IMG/VR virus record: IMGVR_UViG_3300011336_000135
Coordinates: 2,871-66,870 of that record
Length of the DNA stretch: 64,000 nucleotides
Reading direction: 5' to 3' (one strand)
Source: a virus
Taxonomy: Duplodnaviria > Caudoviricetes
In this document: positions 7,947 through 18,489 of the stretch, piece by piece
Layout: every line of letters starts with the position of its first letter
Position numbering within the stretch: position 1 is the first letter of the stretch
Notes under the pieces: generated by a model
The model's database searches: none
What the model saw: the letters and a program-made list of their open reading frames with translations, nothing else
What the model was told of the DNA's origin: nothing
Translations under genes and position numbers: made by a program

Positions 7947-10751
7947 ATGTCTCAACATAGATTCCTAGAAGGCATTCTCCCAGAAGGAACACGGTACTCT
8001 CTCAGAATAATCAAGAAGTCAACAGGCAGCGCGTTCAACCGTTTTTACTCGTCGGTCCAAGAGATGACTGATGAGATACAAACATATGTTGATAATGGCT
8101 ACGATGTCTACTATGTCACTGCCGGGTTTGGGGCAGGTCAGACAGCCACATCGGACAACGCTGTAGCCAAAAGAGAACTGTATGTTGATGTGGACTGCGG
8201 TCCAAGCAAGCCTTACGCTGACAAGGGCGAGGGCGCACAAGCACTGAGAGAGTTTTGCAAGGTAGCGAAGCTGCCTCGCCCGACCATCGTGGATTCAGGC
8301 AACGGCCTGCACGCCCACTGGATTTTCTTCGACGCTGTACCTGTCCACTCATGGATCGAGGTAGCCAGCGGACTCAAAGCGCTCTGCAAAGAGCACGATT
8401 TCAAAGCTGATCCTGTCTGCACTGCGGATGCAGTTCGCGTCCTGCGGGTGCCTGAGACGATCAACTCCAAGAACGGTAGTACCGTTACCCTGCTTACCCC
8501 AATCATTCAGCACGATTTTGAGGATCTAAAGAAGGCTATTGGGGCACCGGCAATCTTTGCCTTTGACAAGGCAAAGGCTATCTCAAAGACTGCACCATCA
8601 AGCCTGACAAAAAGCCTCGCCGGTGGTGACCCTAATCGGGTTAGCAAGTTCGAAATAATTTGGGCTAAGTCAGTCAAAGGAGACGGTTGTGCACAAATAC
8701 AAAACGCGATTAGCCAATCTGATACGCTACCAGAGCCTGTATGGCGGGGCGTACTTTCGGTTGCACAACACTGCGAAGACCGCGACTGGGCTATCCATGC
8801 AGTGTCGGAGAAGCACCCGAATTACTCGGCGGATGAAACCGAGCGAAAGGCAGATGGAACGAAGGGTCCGTATACCTGTGAAACTTTTCAGGGCATGGAG
8901 ACTGCGTCACTGTGCGCGGGTTGTCCACATAGTGGCAAGATAACGTCTCCGATCCAGCTCGGTGCCACGATCAAGGTTGCACCCCCAGGACCTGCTGAGA
9001 TCATCATCGCAGAGAAGAAGTTTGAGATTCCTGCGTACCCTTTTCCCTATTACCGTGGAGCGCACGGTGGGGTTTACACTGACGTCAAAATTAACGATGA
9101 AATGAAAGTCGAGGTTGTATACCCTTACGACCTTTACGTATACAAGCGCATGCGGGAGTCTGACTTAGGAGACGTAGTCTGGCTCCGCCACCATCTGCCT
9201 AATGATGCAGTGCGGGACTTCATGGTCCCGCAAAAAGACATCGGCGCATTGGACAAGTTCCGTGACAAGCTCAGCGCAGAAGGTGTAGCAGTCTTTGCCC
9301 AGGCACAGCTTGTGAAGTTGCAGACTTACGTGGGTAAGTCGATTCAAGAACTTCAACTCAGAATGAAGGCGGATGATGTGCATACTCGTTTTGGATGGAC
9401 TAAGAACGGCACGTTCATTGTGGGTGACCGTGAGTACACGAAGAATGGCGTAATTACTTGCCCACCGGGAAAGTCAGTTGAGAAGTATGCGCCTTGGTTT
9501 ACGCCAAGAGGTTCTTTGGAGAAGTGGAAAGAGATTGCCAACGCCTACAACGACCCTCGGTTCGACTTGCACGCCTTCGGTGTGCTGTCTGGGTTTGGCA
9601 GTGTCTTGATGGCGCTGTCCCCCGAGAACGGGGCAGTGATCAACTACTACTCCAAGCGCAGCGGCACCGGCAAGACCACCATTCTGCGGATGGTCAACTC
9701 GATCTTTGGCGACCCCAAGGCCATGATGAAGGACGCGCAGGACACGCACATGACCAAGGTGCACCGGATGGGCGTGTGGAACGGCATCGCCATGTGCTTG
9801 GACGAGATGACCAATGCTTCGCCGGAAGAGATCTCCGCCCTGCTCTACGGCAGCACGCAGGGGCGTGCCCGGGACCGCATGGAGGCAGGTAGGAACGCCG
9901 AGCGCATGAATGACATCACTTGGAAGGGCACCTCGATCTGGTCCACCAACGCCAACCTAGAGGACCAACTGAGCAAGATCAAAGTAGACCCGCAGGGCGA
10001 GATGGCGCGGACTATCGAGATCTACTTACAGACACCCGTTCCTAAAGATGTGCTGGAGACACAGAGGATATTCAACGCACTGGCAGACAATTACGGCCAT
10101 GCAGGAGATGTGTTTCTAAAATACGTCATCCCGCATTTGGAAGAAGTGCAGGCCATGTGGTTGGAGACGCAAGCGGCTATCTACTCAAGAGGTAACTGGA
10201 CTCAGACGGAGCGGTATCGACTGAACGCAGTGATCTGCGCGGTTACAGCAGGGGTTGTCTTGCAGAACCTTGGGTTGGTCTCCTACAACATCGTGAGGAT
10301 CGCCCGTAAGGTGGTCAAACTCGTGTCCAACGCTGGGGCTCAGATGCTGCTCCAAGCTACCAAGGCAACGGAGTCCATCGCATCGTTCGTCAACAAGAAC
10401 GTCAACAACATGCTGATCGTGGACGCCACCTCACGGGCCAACGGCTTGCAGAACCAAGCCTATGTGAAGCCTAAAGGTCAGCTTGCCATTCGGTATGAAC
10501 CTGATACTAAAATCTTGTTCATCGTGCAGAAAGACTTTAACCGTTGGTGCGTAGATCAATACATCAACACACGGGAGTTGCCTGACCTTTTCGAAGCAGA
10601 AACCGGGCGCAAGTTAGAAGTCGTTAAGAAGCGAATGGGCTCCGGGTGGGACGCAGACTTTGGAGCAGTGAATGCCTACTGCATAAAGGACGCAGAGGCA
10701 GTGTTGGGTTTCCAAGCCAATGACCTCATCCCTCCTCAAGAAGAGACTTGA
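7947..10751 (+). CDS. Primase-helicase (AEP/RepB-like primase, primase C-terminal/Zn region, DUF927 helicase-like domain)
   Basis: LYVDVDC, DSGNGLHAHW, RVLRVPETIN; WRGVLSV; C..F...C..C; SGTGKTT P-loop; CLDEMT. Confidence 0.85.
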   Translation: MSQHRFLEGILPEGTRYSLRIIKKSTGSAFNRFYSSVQEMTDEIQTYVDNGYDVYYVTAGFGAGQTATSDNAVAKRELYVDVDCGPSKPYADKGEGAQALREFCKVAKLPRPTIVDSGNGLHAHWIFFDAVPVHSWIEVASGLKALCKEHDFKADPVCTADAVRVLRVPETINSKNGSTVTLLTPIIQHDFEDLKKAIGAPAIFAFDKAKAISKTAPSSLTKSLAGGDPNRVSKFEIIWAKSVKGDGCAQIQNAISQSDTLPEPVWRGVLSVAQHCEDRDWAIHAVSEKHPNYSADETERKADGTKGPYTCETFQGMETASLCAGCPHSGKITSPIQLGATIKVAPPGPAEIIIAEKKFEIPAYPFPYYRGAHGGVYTDVKINDEMKVEVVYPYDLYVYKRMRESDLGDVVWLRHHLPNDAVRDFMVPQKDIGALDKFRDKLSAEGVAVFAQAQLVKLQTYVGKSIQELQLRMKADDVHTRFGWTKNGTFIVGDREYTKNGVITCPPGKSVEKYAPWFTPRGSLEKWKEIANAYNDPRFDLHAFGVLSGFGSVLMALSPENGAVINYYSKRSGTGKTTILRMVNSIFGDPKAMMKDAQDTHMTKVHRMGVWNGIAMCLDEMTNASPEEISALLYGSTQGRARDRMEAGRNAERMNDITWKGTSIWSTNANLEDQLSKIKVDPQGEMARTIEIYLQTPVPKDVLETQRIFNALADNYGHAGDVFLKYVIPHLEEVQAMWLETQAAIYSRGNWTQTERYRLNAVICAVTAGVVLQNLGLVSYNIVRIARKVVKLVSNAGAQMLLQATKATESIASFVNKNVNNMLIVDATSRANGLQNQAYVKPKGQLAIRYEPDTKILFIVQKDFNRWCVDQYINTRELPDLFEAETGRKLEVVKKRMGSGWDADFGAVNAYCIKDAEAVLGFQANDLIPPQEET

Positions 10752-10959
10752 CTACTACAGACGCCCCCTGCGGATCAAGGGCGCGGAGTTCGACGTTCCC
10801 GATTCGTTGGCTCCGTTGCAGAGCTTCTTTGTCCCCAGTCTGAAGCACAAAGAGACCTTCGCTGCGGTGGAAAAGCACTACAAAAACCTGTACCCGCTGG
10901 TCTGGGCGGAGCGGGTTGAGAACGGAGTGCTTGGCATTCGGGTCTGGTGTACTCCATAA
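10720..10959 (+). CDS. Small hypothetical protein (SFFVP...GIRVW type)
   Basis: ORF overlaps the primase end and shares SFxVP and GIRVW motifs with 60827-61066; start uncertain. Confidence 0.55.
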   Translation: MTSSLLKKRLDYYRRPLRIKGAEFDVPDSLAPLQSFFVPSLKHKETFAAVEKHYKNLYPLVWAERVENGVLGIRVWCTP

Positions 10960-10999
10960 TGCCCTCGCTGGATCAGTTGCCAGCGTTTCTCCTGATGAT

Positions 11000-11035
11000 T
11001 CCCCCCGGTCGGCGTAAGCCTCCGGGGGATTTTTT
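11000..11035 (+). terminator. Intrinsic terminator between the convergent replication and late modules
   Basis: TCCCCCCGG-TC-GGC-GTAA-GCC-T-CCGGGGGA followed by six T. Confidence 0.75.
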
Positions 11036-11037
11036 CA

Positions 11038-14000
11038 TCAGCGCCCCATCTGGATGTCCCGCGCCATCTTGCGCAGCATCATCGCCTGCTGAGCCAACTT
11101 GTTCTGGTCGATACGCAGCAGGTCGATCTGTTTGCGGCGCTCCTCGGGACCCACGGACTTGTCCTGATCAACCGCCATCGCGGCTTTGTTGAGCGTGCGG
11201 ATGCCTTCCATGACCCCTTGCACGGCACCACGGATCGAATACAGGCCGATGTTGTCCTTGAGGAACTGATCCACATCCTCGGGCTTGCGCTCCATCAGGC
11301 GGTTCACCGTACCGTTGACCTGCTCGACGCGCTTCTCCAAGTCGTAGATGAAGTCAAGGTTGCGACTGCCGATGGGGTCCTTGGTCACCGCGCTCAGGCC
11401 CGTAAGCTGAGAACCAAGCTGTTGATGCAGGGGGCGGTCGGTGCGCCCTGGGTTGACCATCATGTCAGCCATCGACAAGCCCAGCCCTGCAGCGGTGCCG
11501 AAGATGCCCCGGATCGCGTTCTCCAGCTTGATCGGAGACACAGCGAAGGCTTCGATACCTGTGGCATTGGCGGCGTCTTCCAGCCCCTTGGCTACCGCCT
11601 TCATGGCGTCCGAGGTGCCGGTGCCATACCGCTCAAACGGGCGCAGGGCTTGCTGCGCTTGGCTCTCCAGCGGACGGCCAAGGAAGAACGAGTAGTTGGC
11701 GATGTTCTCAAGGAACGGACGGAGCACCTGCGGCGTGATGTTGGGTGACGAGAATACGTCGATGCCACGGGAAGTCAGGTTACCCAGCACATCCAGAGCA
11801 GCTTGTTCTTCGTCGGTGCCGTACAGCTTGTAGTACCGGACGATGCGTTCAGGGATAGCCTTGAAGAAGAACGCGAGTTCAGCAGGGATCGGGATGACCG
11901 GAGTGAACCCCAGTTCCTTGCCGTAAGGCAGAACCCAGTTCGTGTCCCGCACATGATCAGGCAGGTTCTGGTAGTCCTCATCGTCCTGCATCATCAGGGC
12001 ATAGGCCAGACCCATCGAGGTCATGACCGCCATGCGCTTGTAGAACATCGACCGGGCGGTGCCCGTGGTCTCTCCGACGACCTTACCCGCAGCAGCCGTT
12101 GCCAGCTTGTCCATGCCTCGCGCATAGGCGTTGAAGAACGGGATGATGCTGATCATCTGCCCCATGAATCTTGAAGACCCACGGCGGCTGAAGTTGATGA
12201 TTTCCCGTGCGGCGGACTCAGCCTGGGCCTTGTCCCCGGTTTCCTTCATCACTTGGTCGTAGATAGCTTGACGCACCGCGAGGTCTGATGCTTTGGCACC
12301 AGCTTCCATCACACGCATGATCGAGGAGCCCAAGCTCTCTTTCTTCGCCCCGGCTTCCTCAAGGATGTTCTTCAGGTTGCCTTGCTGTGTGAAGTCGAAC
12401 GTACCGACGATGCCCAGCCCTTCCAGCGCTTTGATGTCCTTAGGCTTCTTCCTGAAGATCTCGTTGACCCAGTTCTTCGGGAAGTTGAGCATCACGCTCT
12501 TGACGAGCGCGGCGTTGTTCTTCACCCCTGCGTAGGTGTAGGCACGGACGATGTCGTCGAAGACCTGCTTGATGGCAAACGGTGGCAGGGAAGTCACCCC
12601 CGCACGCAGCACCTGCGAGCCCCGCTGGAATGCCTTGAGCACATTGGACAGTTGCGGGTCAGCAATGCTGAACGCCACCACATGCGCTGGGTCCGGTACG
12701 TAGAACGAGACAGGCTTGCCGTCATCGAACACGGTGATCATGTCACCGGGGGAATCAGTCTTCGGCTTGTTGGGCCGCTTGAACGCAGCGCCCATGAGGA
12801 CCATGTCCTTCAGCGCACGCAGAGCCGCATCGTTCTTCATCGCCTCCTTCGTTCCCCAATCCATGAGCTTGGAGAAGTTCTCGGTGACGGATGTAGTTTT
12901 GCGCTCTTCGCTGCCCTCCAGCTTGCGGATGTTCTTCAGAGCAGCTACGCCACGGTTGGCACCACGGGTCGCATTGGCCCAGGCGTTTTCGTACTCCCCG
13001 ATACGCTCAAAGGGGATATAGCCGATGGCGTCCTTGTAGTCTTGCGCCTGCTCTTCGGAGATACGCTTTGCCTGTACGAGCGTGTCCAGCAGGTTGAAAC
13101 GGATCGTGTCGAGGTCAGACGAGACACCCTTGATGAAGTCGTCCTTCTGGAACGCGGCTTCCAACGCGTCGATCTGCTTGTCGTCCAGCAGTAGCTCGAC
13201 CTGCTCATCAGGGAGCAGCGTCTTGTTCGTTTCCCGCAGGTTGTGTTCCCGGTGCCCGTAGAGCACGGTGTCTACCTTGGTGCGGAACTGCTCGTAGGTT
13301 TCGCCACGCTCCTTGGCAGCTTCAGCGATGCGCCCCATGACGCCCTGGTAGCTGACGTTCTGCCCCTCGGCGTTCTTCAGTTCTGTGGCAACGATGAGCC
13401 CGCTGTCGAAGCCCAATCCGCCTTGCTCTTGCGCCGCCTTGCTGACGCGTGACGCGTCGAGTGCCCGAGAGATGAGCACCATCGGGTTGAGTCGGCCTTT
13501 GGCTGTACGAACTGCACCACCGTAGGCGTTGACGAAGAAGTCTTCAAGCGCGGCCAGAGAGTCGGTGAACTTGACCCGTGCCTTCAGAGCAGGGTTGTTG
13601 GACAGATCGGTCTTGATGCGCTGAGTGAGCGTCTGCCGCTCCTTGTCCCCGATGACATCCACACCCTCAACGGCAGCTTCGGTTTCGGCGCTGAGGCGAG
13701 GGTTTGCCTGCGGCGTGAGGTTGTCCGCCGCCTGCCTGAGTTCTGCAAGCTCAGCAGGGGTGAATCCAGAACCGTTGTAGCCACGAATATCTACGTTGGT
13801 GCGCCCTGCGTTTTGTTTGGCGGCAACAAAAATTGTCGTGTTCGCGGTTGATGTACCTTCGTATAGAGCGACTGGCCCCTTATGCCATACCGGTTTTAAT
13901 CCTTGGGCTTCTTTCAACACCCAGCTTGGGAACCCAGTGGTATTAGGCTGTTTGCCAAAAGATAGCCCCCGTTTGTTCGCTTCAGCTACGTACGGTGTCA

Positions 14001-16890
14001 GAGACTCATCCAGAATTTCTTCTGAGATAGCCATCAATCGGGCAAGCGCGCTGGTTTCTTTACCCTTCAGCCCAAGTACCTGCGAGACGATGTTGAACAT
14101 GCGGCTGAGGAACGTGCCCCCAGTCGGACTCGGCGTGGAAGCCAGCCAGTTCTGCACCTCTCCATTGGTCAGTCCATACGCCAAGAGTTCATTAGCGTTT
14201 TCCAATGCGTGGAAAACCACACCCTTTTCAGTAGCAGTAAGGGCCCCGGCTTTAGACCGTTGGTTGTAGATATTAACGAGTTCTTGCTGAAGAGCACGGA
14301 GCTTGATAGCCGCCGTACCTTGTGGGGCGTATGTAATCTGCGCGGATGTTACAGCGTGGATTAGCTCATGAACCAGTGTCTCTTGACTGAGAGTATCACT
14401 CGCCCTACCTGTAAATCCATTGATCTTGACATCAACTTTTGTAGCTTGGCCGAGCCCTGATGAAGTTGTCGTTGTGAGCCCAAGGGTATTACCGGTAAAG
14501 ATCTTCCCTTGCGGGGTCAGATCAAAACTAAATTCAACACCCTTGGCAGCGAGTTCTTCAGCGCGGCGCTTAACCTTAACCATAACCTGCCGGTCAAGAT
14601 CGTCGCGTGAGTTCGTAATAGCGTAGTCGATTGCTTCCGTGAATGACTTCCCACGCAGGGCTGTGTCCATCTCACGGGAGTTTTCCAAGTCAACGGGACC
14701 GGTGCGAGCCTGTTGATACAGCACATTGCTGCTGAGGAACTTCTGCCCCTCCCTGACAAACTCTTCTTCCGTCTTACCCTTGCGCAGTTGGCGAGAAGGC
14801 GTGAAATACTTCTCGATGAGTTCCTTGTACCCAGGCAGGTGTGAGGCTTGATCCCGCAACTCTTCCTGTACTGCCTCAGCAGTCTTCAGGTTGTATGGGT
14901 AGGACCCAGCGAGTTCAGGAGCCCGCGCTGCTTGGGCTTTGGCCTGTTGTTCCGCCCGCAACTCGGCCACGTAGGCTTCACCGACTGACCCTTCGAAGTC
15001 AGCCTGCTCCATGTCGAAGATCTGCGCGTAGGTACGGTCAGCGGCACTGGTGGCCTTCTTCAGCACCTGACGGGCGGCTTCGTGCGCGTCGATGGCACGG
15101 GCCTTGGCTTCCTCATTGCCAGTGATCTCTGCAAGGTATATGTTGCCTTCAGCCTTGTCTCGGGCTGCTTCAAGAACTGCGAGTTCCTTGCGCTGCTGCG
15201 CCAGCTTCTCACGAAGCTGCTGCTCGCGCTCAGGCTTCAGCCCAGCCTTGACAGGCGGCTCGTATTCGCCACGAACAACTTCGGCGGGCGCGGGCTTTGC
15301 GGGTTCAGCAGCGGCGGGCTCTGCTACTGCAGCGGGCTTTGCTTCTTCTCTTCCAGTAGGCTGTCCAGCATCCGCGACAGGAGGAACCACTCCAGTTGGT
15401 TCAACGGCTCCAGCCCCTTCGGGGGCGGCGACGGCAGCGGGTCCGCCAGCCACTGGAGCGCCTGCTCCACCTGCTTCTGGTTCAGTTGGTGTAGTTGCGA
15501 CACTGGGTGTCTCCGGTACTGGAGGTGCAGGGGGTGTGGGTTCAACAACGGGCGCTCCGCCCACCGGAGCCTCTACAGCAGGTTCTGCTGGGGGCACAGC
15601 AGGCGCGGCGGTTTCAACTACCGGGGGCGGAGCAGGGGTTGCCACTTCAGGAGCCACAGGCTCAGGCAAACGGGCGAGGAACGCGTTGATCTTCTCAGCC
15701 GTCTTGGTGTTCGCTGTGGGGCGGTTGAGGTATTCCTCCAGCACTGTGCGAATCTCAGGGTCGGTGACACTCTTGCCAACCAACGCATCATGCACTTTGC
15801 CACGAGGGAAGCCAATCCGCTTCACCGTATCGCTGTCGAGCACATCAGGCAGGGGTATGGGTTCCCCCATCTTGCGAACCTTGGGCTCGGGAATCGCCGG
15901 GGGTTCTGGTGCGGGAGCCCCCGCCACGGGCGGAGGCGCTGGAATTTCTCCCGGTGCTGGTGCCGGTGCAGGCACCGGAGGTGCTGCGGGTTGTTGTGCG
16001 GCTTTGGCCGCTGCTTTCTCCGCCGCAAGACGTTCAGCACGCTCAATCTGTGTCTCACCGGGCAGAGTTCCCGGAGCAGGCTGCGCACCTCGTGCGCGAC
16101 GACCCAACGCAAGGTCCATCAACCCCTGCACGATGGCACCAGTAGCGCCACCATAAGCGGCCTGCTCACCCAGACCTTCAATGAGTTCCTGCTCGGGCTT
16201 GTAGACCCCCTTGGCGATCAGGTTCTGCGCGAACCCGGACGCGGCTTCCTGTGCGGCTTCTTCACCACCAGCAACAAGTGCCCGCTTGACCATCTGGACA
16301 CCCTGCGCCGTGGCAGCGTCAGGAATGCGTGACAGGATGCGCAGCGGAGCAAACGCTTCCAAAGCACCGGGGATGACCCCCAAGGCCGTAGCTGTGCCAC
16401 GCTGCTCTGCAGTGGCACCTTCCTTTTCCGCCCGGGTACGCGCTTCACCTGCGCCAGCACCAACGCCAAGACCAACTGCGCCGACACGCCCCGCAAGACC
16501 CAGGGGGCCTGCCGCAAGGAATGGAAGCGTCGAGCCCAGAGCTTCGCTGCCCTTGCGAATGATGGAGTCCTCGTATCCCGGTGCAGCAGCAAACGGTGCC
16601 TTGATCGCGCCAGCAACACTGGCGATCTTCTCCCGAGCGGCTTTTTCGTACTGCTCTGGCAGAAGCGCACTGGCACCTGTGGCCGCGCTTTCAACAAGAC
16701 CTACTGCACCGGGGATGAGCCCTTTGAAGCCTTCCTTGACTTGCCCGAGGATGGTGGTTTCAGGAGGCTTCTTCGCTGCGTCTGGGTATTGAGCAAGCAG
16801 TGCCTGAACAACCAGCGCGTTACTAGCCCCCGCTGGACCCTCAATTTCGTAATCTTTTCCGTTAGGGGCAGTGACGCGATACAGTGCCAT
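11038..16890 (-). CDS. Large internal virion/ejection polyvalent protein (metallopeptidase HExxH domain, LPD38-like C-terminus)
   Basis: 1950 aa; N-terminal MALYRVTAPNGKDYEIEGP; Pro/Ala linker; LVHELIH (14356-14370) plus a downstream ELLAY; C-terminal helical region; last gene of the late operon. Confidence 0.75.
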   Translation of the reverse strand: MALYRVTAPNGKDYEIEGPAGASNALVVQALLAQYPDAAKKPPETTILGQVKEGFKGLIPGAVGLVESAATGASALLPEQYEKAAREKIASVAGAIKAPFAAAPGYEDSIIRKGSEALGSTLPFLAAGPLGLAGRVGAVGLGVGAGAGEARTRAEKEGATAEQRGTATALGVIPGALEAFAPLRILSRIPDAATAQGVQMVKRALVAGGEEAAQEAASGFAQNLIAKGVYKPEQELIEGLGEQAAYGGATGAIVQGLMDLALGRRARGAQPAPGTLPGETQIERAERLAAEKAAAKAAQQPAAPPVPAPAPAPGEIPAPPPVAGAPAPEPPAIPEPKVRKMGEPIPLPDVLDSDTVKRIGFPRGKVHDALVGKSVTDPEIRTVLEEYLNRPTANTKTAEKINAFLARLPEPVAPEVATPAPPPVVETAAPAVPPAEPAVEAPVGGAPVVEPTPPAPPVPETPSVATTPTEPEAGGAGAPVAGGPAAVAAPEGAGAVEPTGVVPPVADAGQPTGREEAKPAAVAEPAAAEPAKPAPAEVVRGEYEPPVKAGLKPEREQQLREKLAQQRKELAVLEAARDKAEGNIYLAEITGNEEAKARAIDAHEAARQVLKKATSAADRTYAQIFDMEQADFEGSVGEAYVAELRAEQQAKAQAARAPELAGSYPYNLKTAEAVQEELRDQASHLPGYKELIEKYFTPSRQLRKGKTEEEFVREGQKFLSSNVLYQQARTGPVDLENSREMDTALRGKSFTEAIDYAITNSRDDLDRQVMVKVKRRAEELAAKGVEFSFDLTPQGKIFTGNTLGLTTTTSSGLGQATKVDVKINGFTGRASDTLSQETLVHELIHAVTSAQITYAPQGTAAIKLRALQQELVNIYNQRSKAGALTATEKGVVFHALENANELLAYGLTNGEVQNWLASTPSPTGGTFLSRMFNIVSQVLGLKGKETSALARLMAISEEILDESLTPYVAEANKRGLSFGKQPNTTGFPSWVLKEAQGLKPVWHKGPVALYEGTSTANTTIFVAAKQNAGRTNVDIRGYNGSGFTPAELAELRQAADNLTPQANPRLSAETEAAVEGVDVIGDKERQTLTQRIKTDLSNNPALKARVKFTDSLAALEDFFVNAYGGAVRTAKGRLNPMVLISRALDASRVSKAAQEQGGLGFDSGLIVATELKNAEGQNVSYQGVMGRIAEAAKERGETYEQFRTKVDTVLYGHREHNLRETNKTLLPDEQVELLLDDKQIDALEAAFQKDDFIKGVSSDLDTIRFNLLDTLVQAKRISEEQAQDYKDAIGYIPFERIGEYENAWANATRGANRGVAALKNIRKLEGSEERKTTSVTENFSKLMDWGTKEAMKNDAALRALKDMVLMGAAFKRPNKPKTDSPGDMITVFDDGKPVSFYVPDPAHVVAFSIADPQLSNVLKAFQRGSQVLRAGVTSLPPFAIKQVFDDIVRAYTYAGVKNNAALVKSVMLNFPKNWVNEIFRKKPKDIKALEGLGIVGTFDFTQQGNLKNILEEAGAKKESLGSSIMRVMEAGAKASDLAVRQAIYDQVMKETGDKAQAESAAREIINFSRRGSSRFMGQMISIIPFFNAYARGMDKLATAAAGKVVGETTGTARSMFYKRMAVMTSMGLAYALMMQDDEDYQNLPDHVRDTNWVLPYGKELGFTPVIPIPAELAFFFKAIPERIVRYYKLYGTDEEQAALDVLGNLTSRGIDVFSSPNITPQVLRPFLENIANYSFFLGRPLESQAQQALRPFERYGTGTSDAMKAVAKGLEDAANATGIEAFAVSPIKLENAIRGIFGTAAGLGLSMADMMVNPGRTDRPLHQQLGSQLTGLSAVTKDPIGSRNLDFIYDLEKRVEQVNGTVNRLMERKPEDVDQFLKDNIGLYSIRGAVQGVMEGIRTLNKAAMAVDQDKSVGPEERRKQIDLLRIDQNKLAQQAMMLRKMARDIQMGR

Positions 16891-16891
16891 A

Positions 16892-18487
16892 TTATTGACC
16901 TACAGGGCGGACTTTGAACTGGCTGAGAACCTCGGGGGATAGTTGCCCTGCAGCAGGTGCGGGTGCGGGGGCAGCGGTACCAAATCCTTCTTCAGCCAGT
17001 ACCCGTTTCAACCGCTCGTCGATGATTTTAGTCCTGTACGTTTCCGCTCCAGCCGGATCACGCACCTTCATTGACACGTACTTAGGGTCTGTCTTAAGTT
17101 GCGCGTCCACATCTTTTTCAGCTTGCGCACGGAACCGAGCAATATCCCGAGGAGTGAGAGCACCCGCCCCCGCTGCGCGGGCGTCAAGCCCCATGCGGGC
17201 AACCTTCTCACGAGAGGCCCGATCAAGTGCACCTTCCTTGGCACGACCTGCTGCCTCTTCGCGGGACAACTCAGCGCGAGCCAACTCGCCAGCACGCTTC
17301 TCGCCCAGGCCCAACCCCAGCTTGGAGATTTCCATGTCCAGTGTGCGTATCCTGGCCGCATCTTCACGGGCACGACCTGCATCATCCTTGAGCGATGCCA
17401 GCCGCATATCAGTGACAAGATCCCTACGCTCACCGAGCTTATCTATGAAAGCAAGTTCTTGTTCACGGAATTTTTGCTCTTGAGTAGAGCGGGCAGCAAG
17501 GACGGGCTCCATGCCAAGTTGCGCCTCAGACAGACCAGCAAGACCTGAACGCGCTCCGCCAGCACGAGCCAAAAATGACGCGAGATCCCGCAGACCTTGA
17601 CCTTGTTGCCCTGCAAGACGTTCCTGCTTGGCCTGCTCAAAGCGGGCCTTTGATGCATCGATTTCACCCATCCGGCGCTTGATCTCTTCTTCCCGCGCCG
17701 CCGCCTCCTTCAACTCTTCCGGTGTGCGCTCACGAGGCTTGCCCTGCCGCTCCAGCAGTTCCTTGAGTCCACCCTGCATTTGGGCGTACATCAACGCTGA
17801 TTCGGAAGGATTGACCGTCGTCGGTTCGCGGGTATCTGGAAGCATAGGCGCTGCAGGAGCAGCGGCAGGAGACGCAGCGGGCGGACGCTGTACGGGCGGA
17901 CGTGGAGCAGGTGCAGTGCGAACCATACCGGGAGACACAACACCGCCAGCGGGAATATCCAACCGGCGATCAGAGCCTTCAGGAATTGGTGCAGGTGTTA
18001 CAGACGGTTCTTTATTCAGCTTTTTCGCAATTGCTTCTGGTGTTGCGCCTGCACGTTCCATATAGCCACGCTCGGTACGCTCATACCAATCACGCAGTGC
18101 TTTTTTAATTTTCCCAGTAACATCAAGCTCGACATCAGAACCGTCAGGACCAGCGTACCCAACAATTCCACCTTCAGCCATCTGCACATCGGCACCAGCG
18201 GCGATGCCTTGTCCTTGCTGCGCCTGGGCTTGTTGCGCTTGAGCCATCATTTGCCGAAGCTGATTGACATCACCCTGCGTAGCAGGCTGTGCTGCTTGTG
18301 CAGACATCATGGCTTGCTGCTTTACACCGGGCATCAAGGCTTCAATACCGGGAGGCATAGCCTGCGCTTGCATTTTTTGCTGGGCGGCTTGGGCATACTT
18401 GGCGGCAACGGTATCGCCTCCAGAAGGCGTCACAAATTGCGCCGTCTGTAGCAGATCTTGAAGAGGCTTGTTGATTGATGTTTGCAT
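16892..18487 (-). CDS. Putative internal virion (ejection) protein
   Basis: Q/A-rich and coiled-coil, contains MAEGGIV, lies between the pilot-like and giant ejection genes. Confidence 0.65.
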   Translation of the reverse strand: MQTSINKPLQDLLQTAQFVTPSGGDTVAAKYAQAAQQKMQAQAMPPGIEALMPGVKQQAMMSAQAAQPATQGDVNQLRQMMAQAQQAQAQQGQGIAAGADVQMAEGGIVGYAGPDGSDVELDVTGKIKKALRDWYERTERGYMERAGATPEAIAKKLNKEPSVTPAPIPEGSDRRLDIPAGGVVSPGMVRTAPAPRPPVQRPPAASPAAAPAAPMLPDTREPTTVNPSESALMYAQMQGGLKELLERQGKPRERTPEELKEAAAREEEIKRRMGEIDASKARFEQAKQERLAGQQGQGLRDLASFLARAGGARSGLAGLSEAQLGMEPVLAARSTQEQKFREQELAFIDKLGERRDLVTDMRLASLKDDAGRAREDAARIRTLDMEISKLGLGLGEKRAGELARAELSREEAAGRAKEGALDRASREKVARMGLDARAAGAGALTPRDIARFRAQAEKDVDAQLKTDPKYVSMKVRDPAGAETYRTKIIDERLKRVLAEEGFGTAAPAPAPAAGQLSPEVLSQFKVRPVGQ

Positions 18488-18489
18488 TT

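Noticed and set aside
15082-16332. Long + strand ORFs (416 aa, 354 aa) opposite the giant protein
   Set aside because: Antisense shadows of a Pro/Ala-rich, codon-biased gene, with no RBS or domain motifs. The same applies to most other opposite-strand ORFs in the track.
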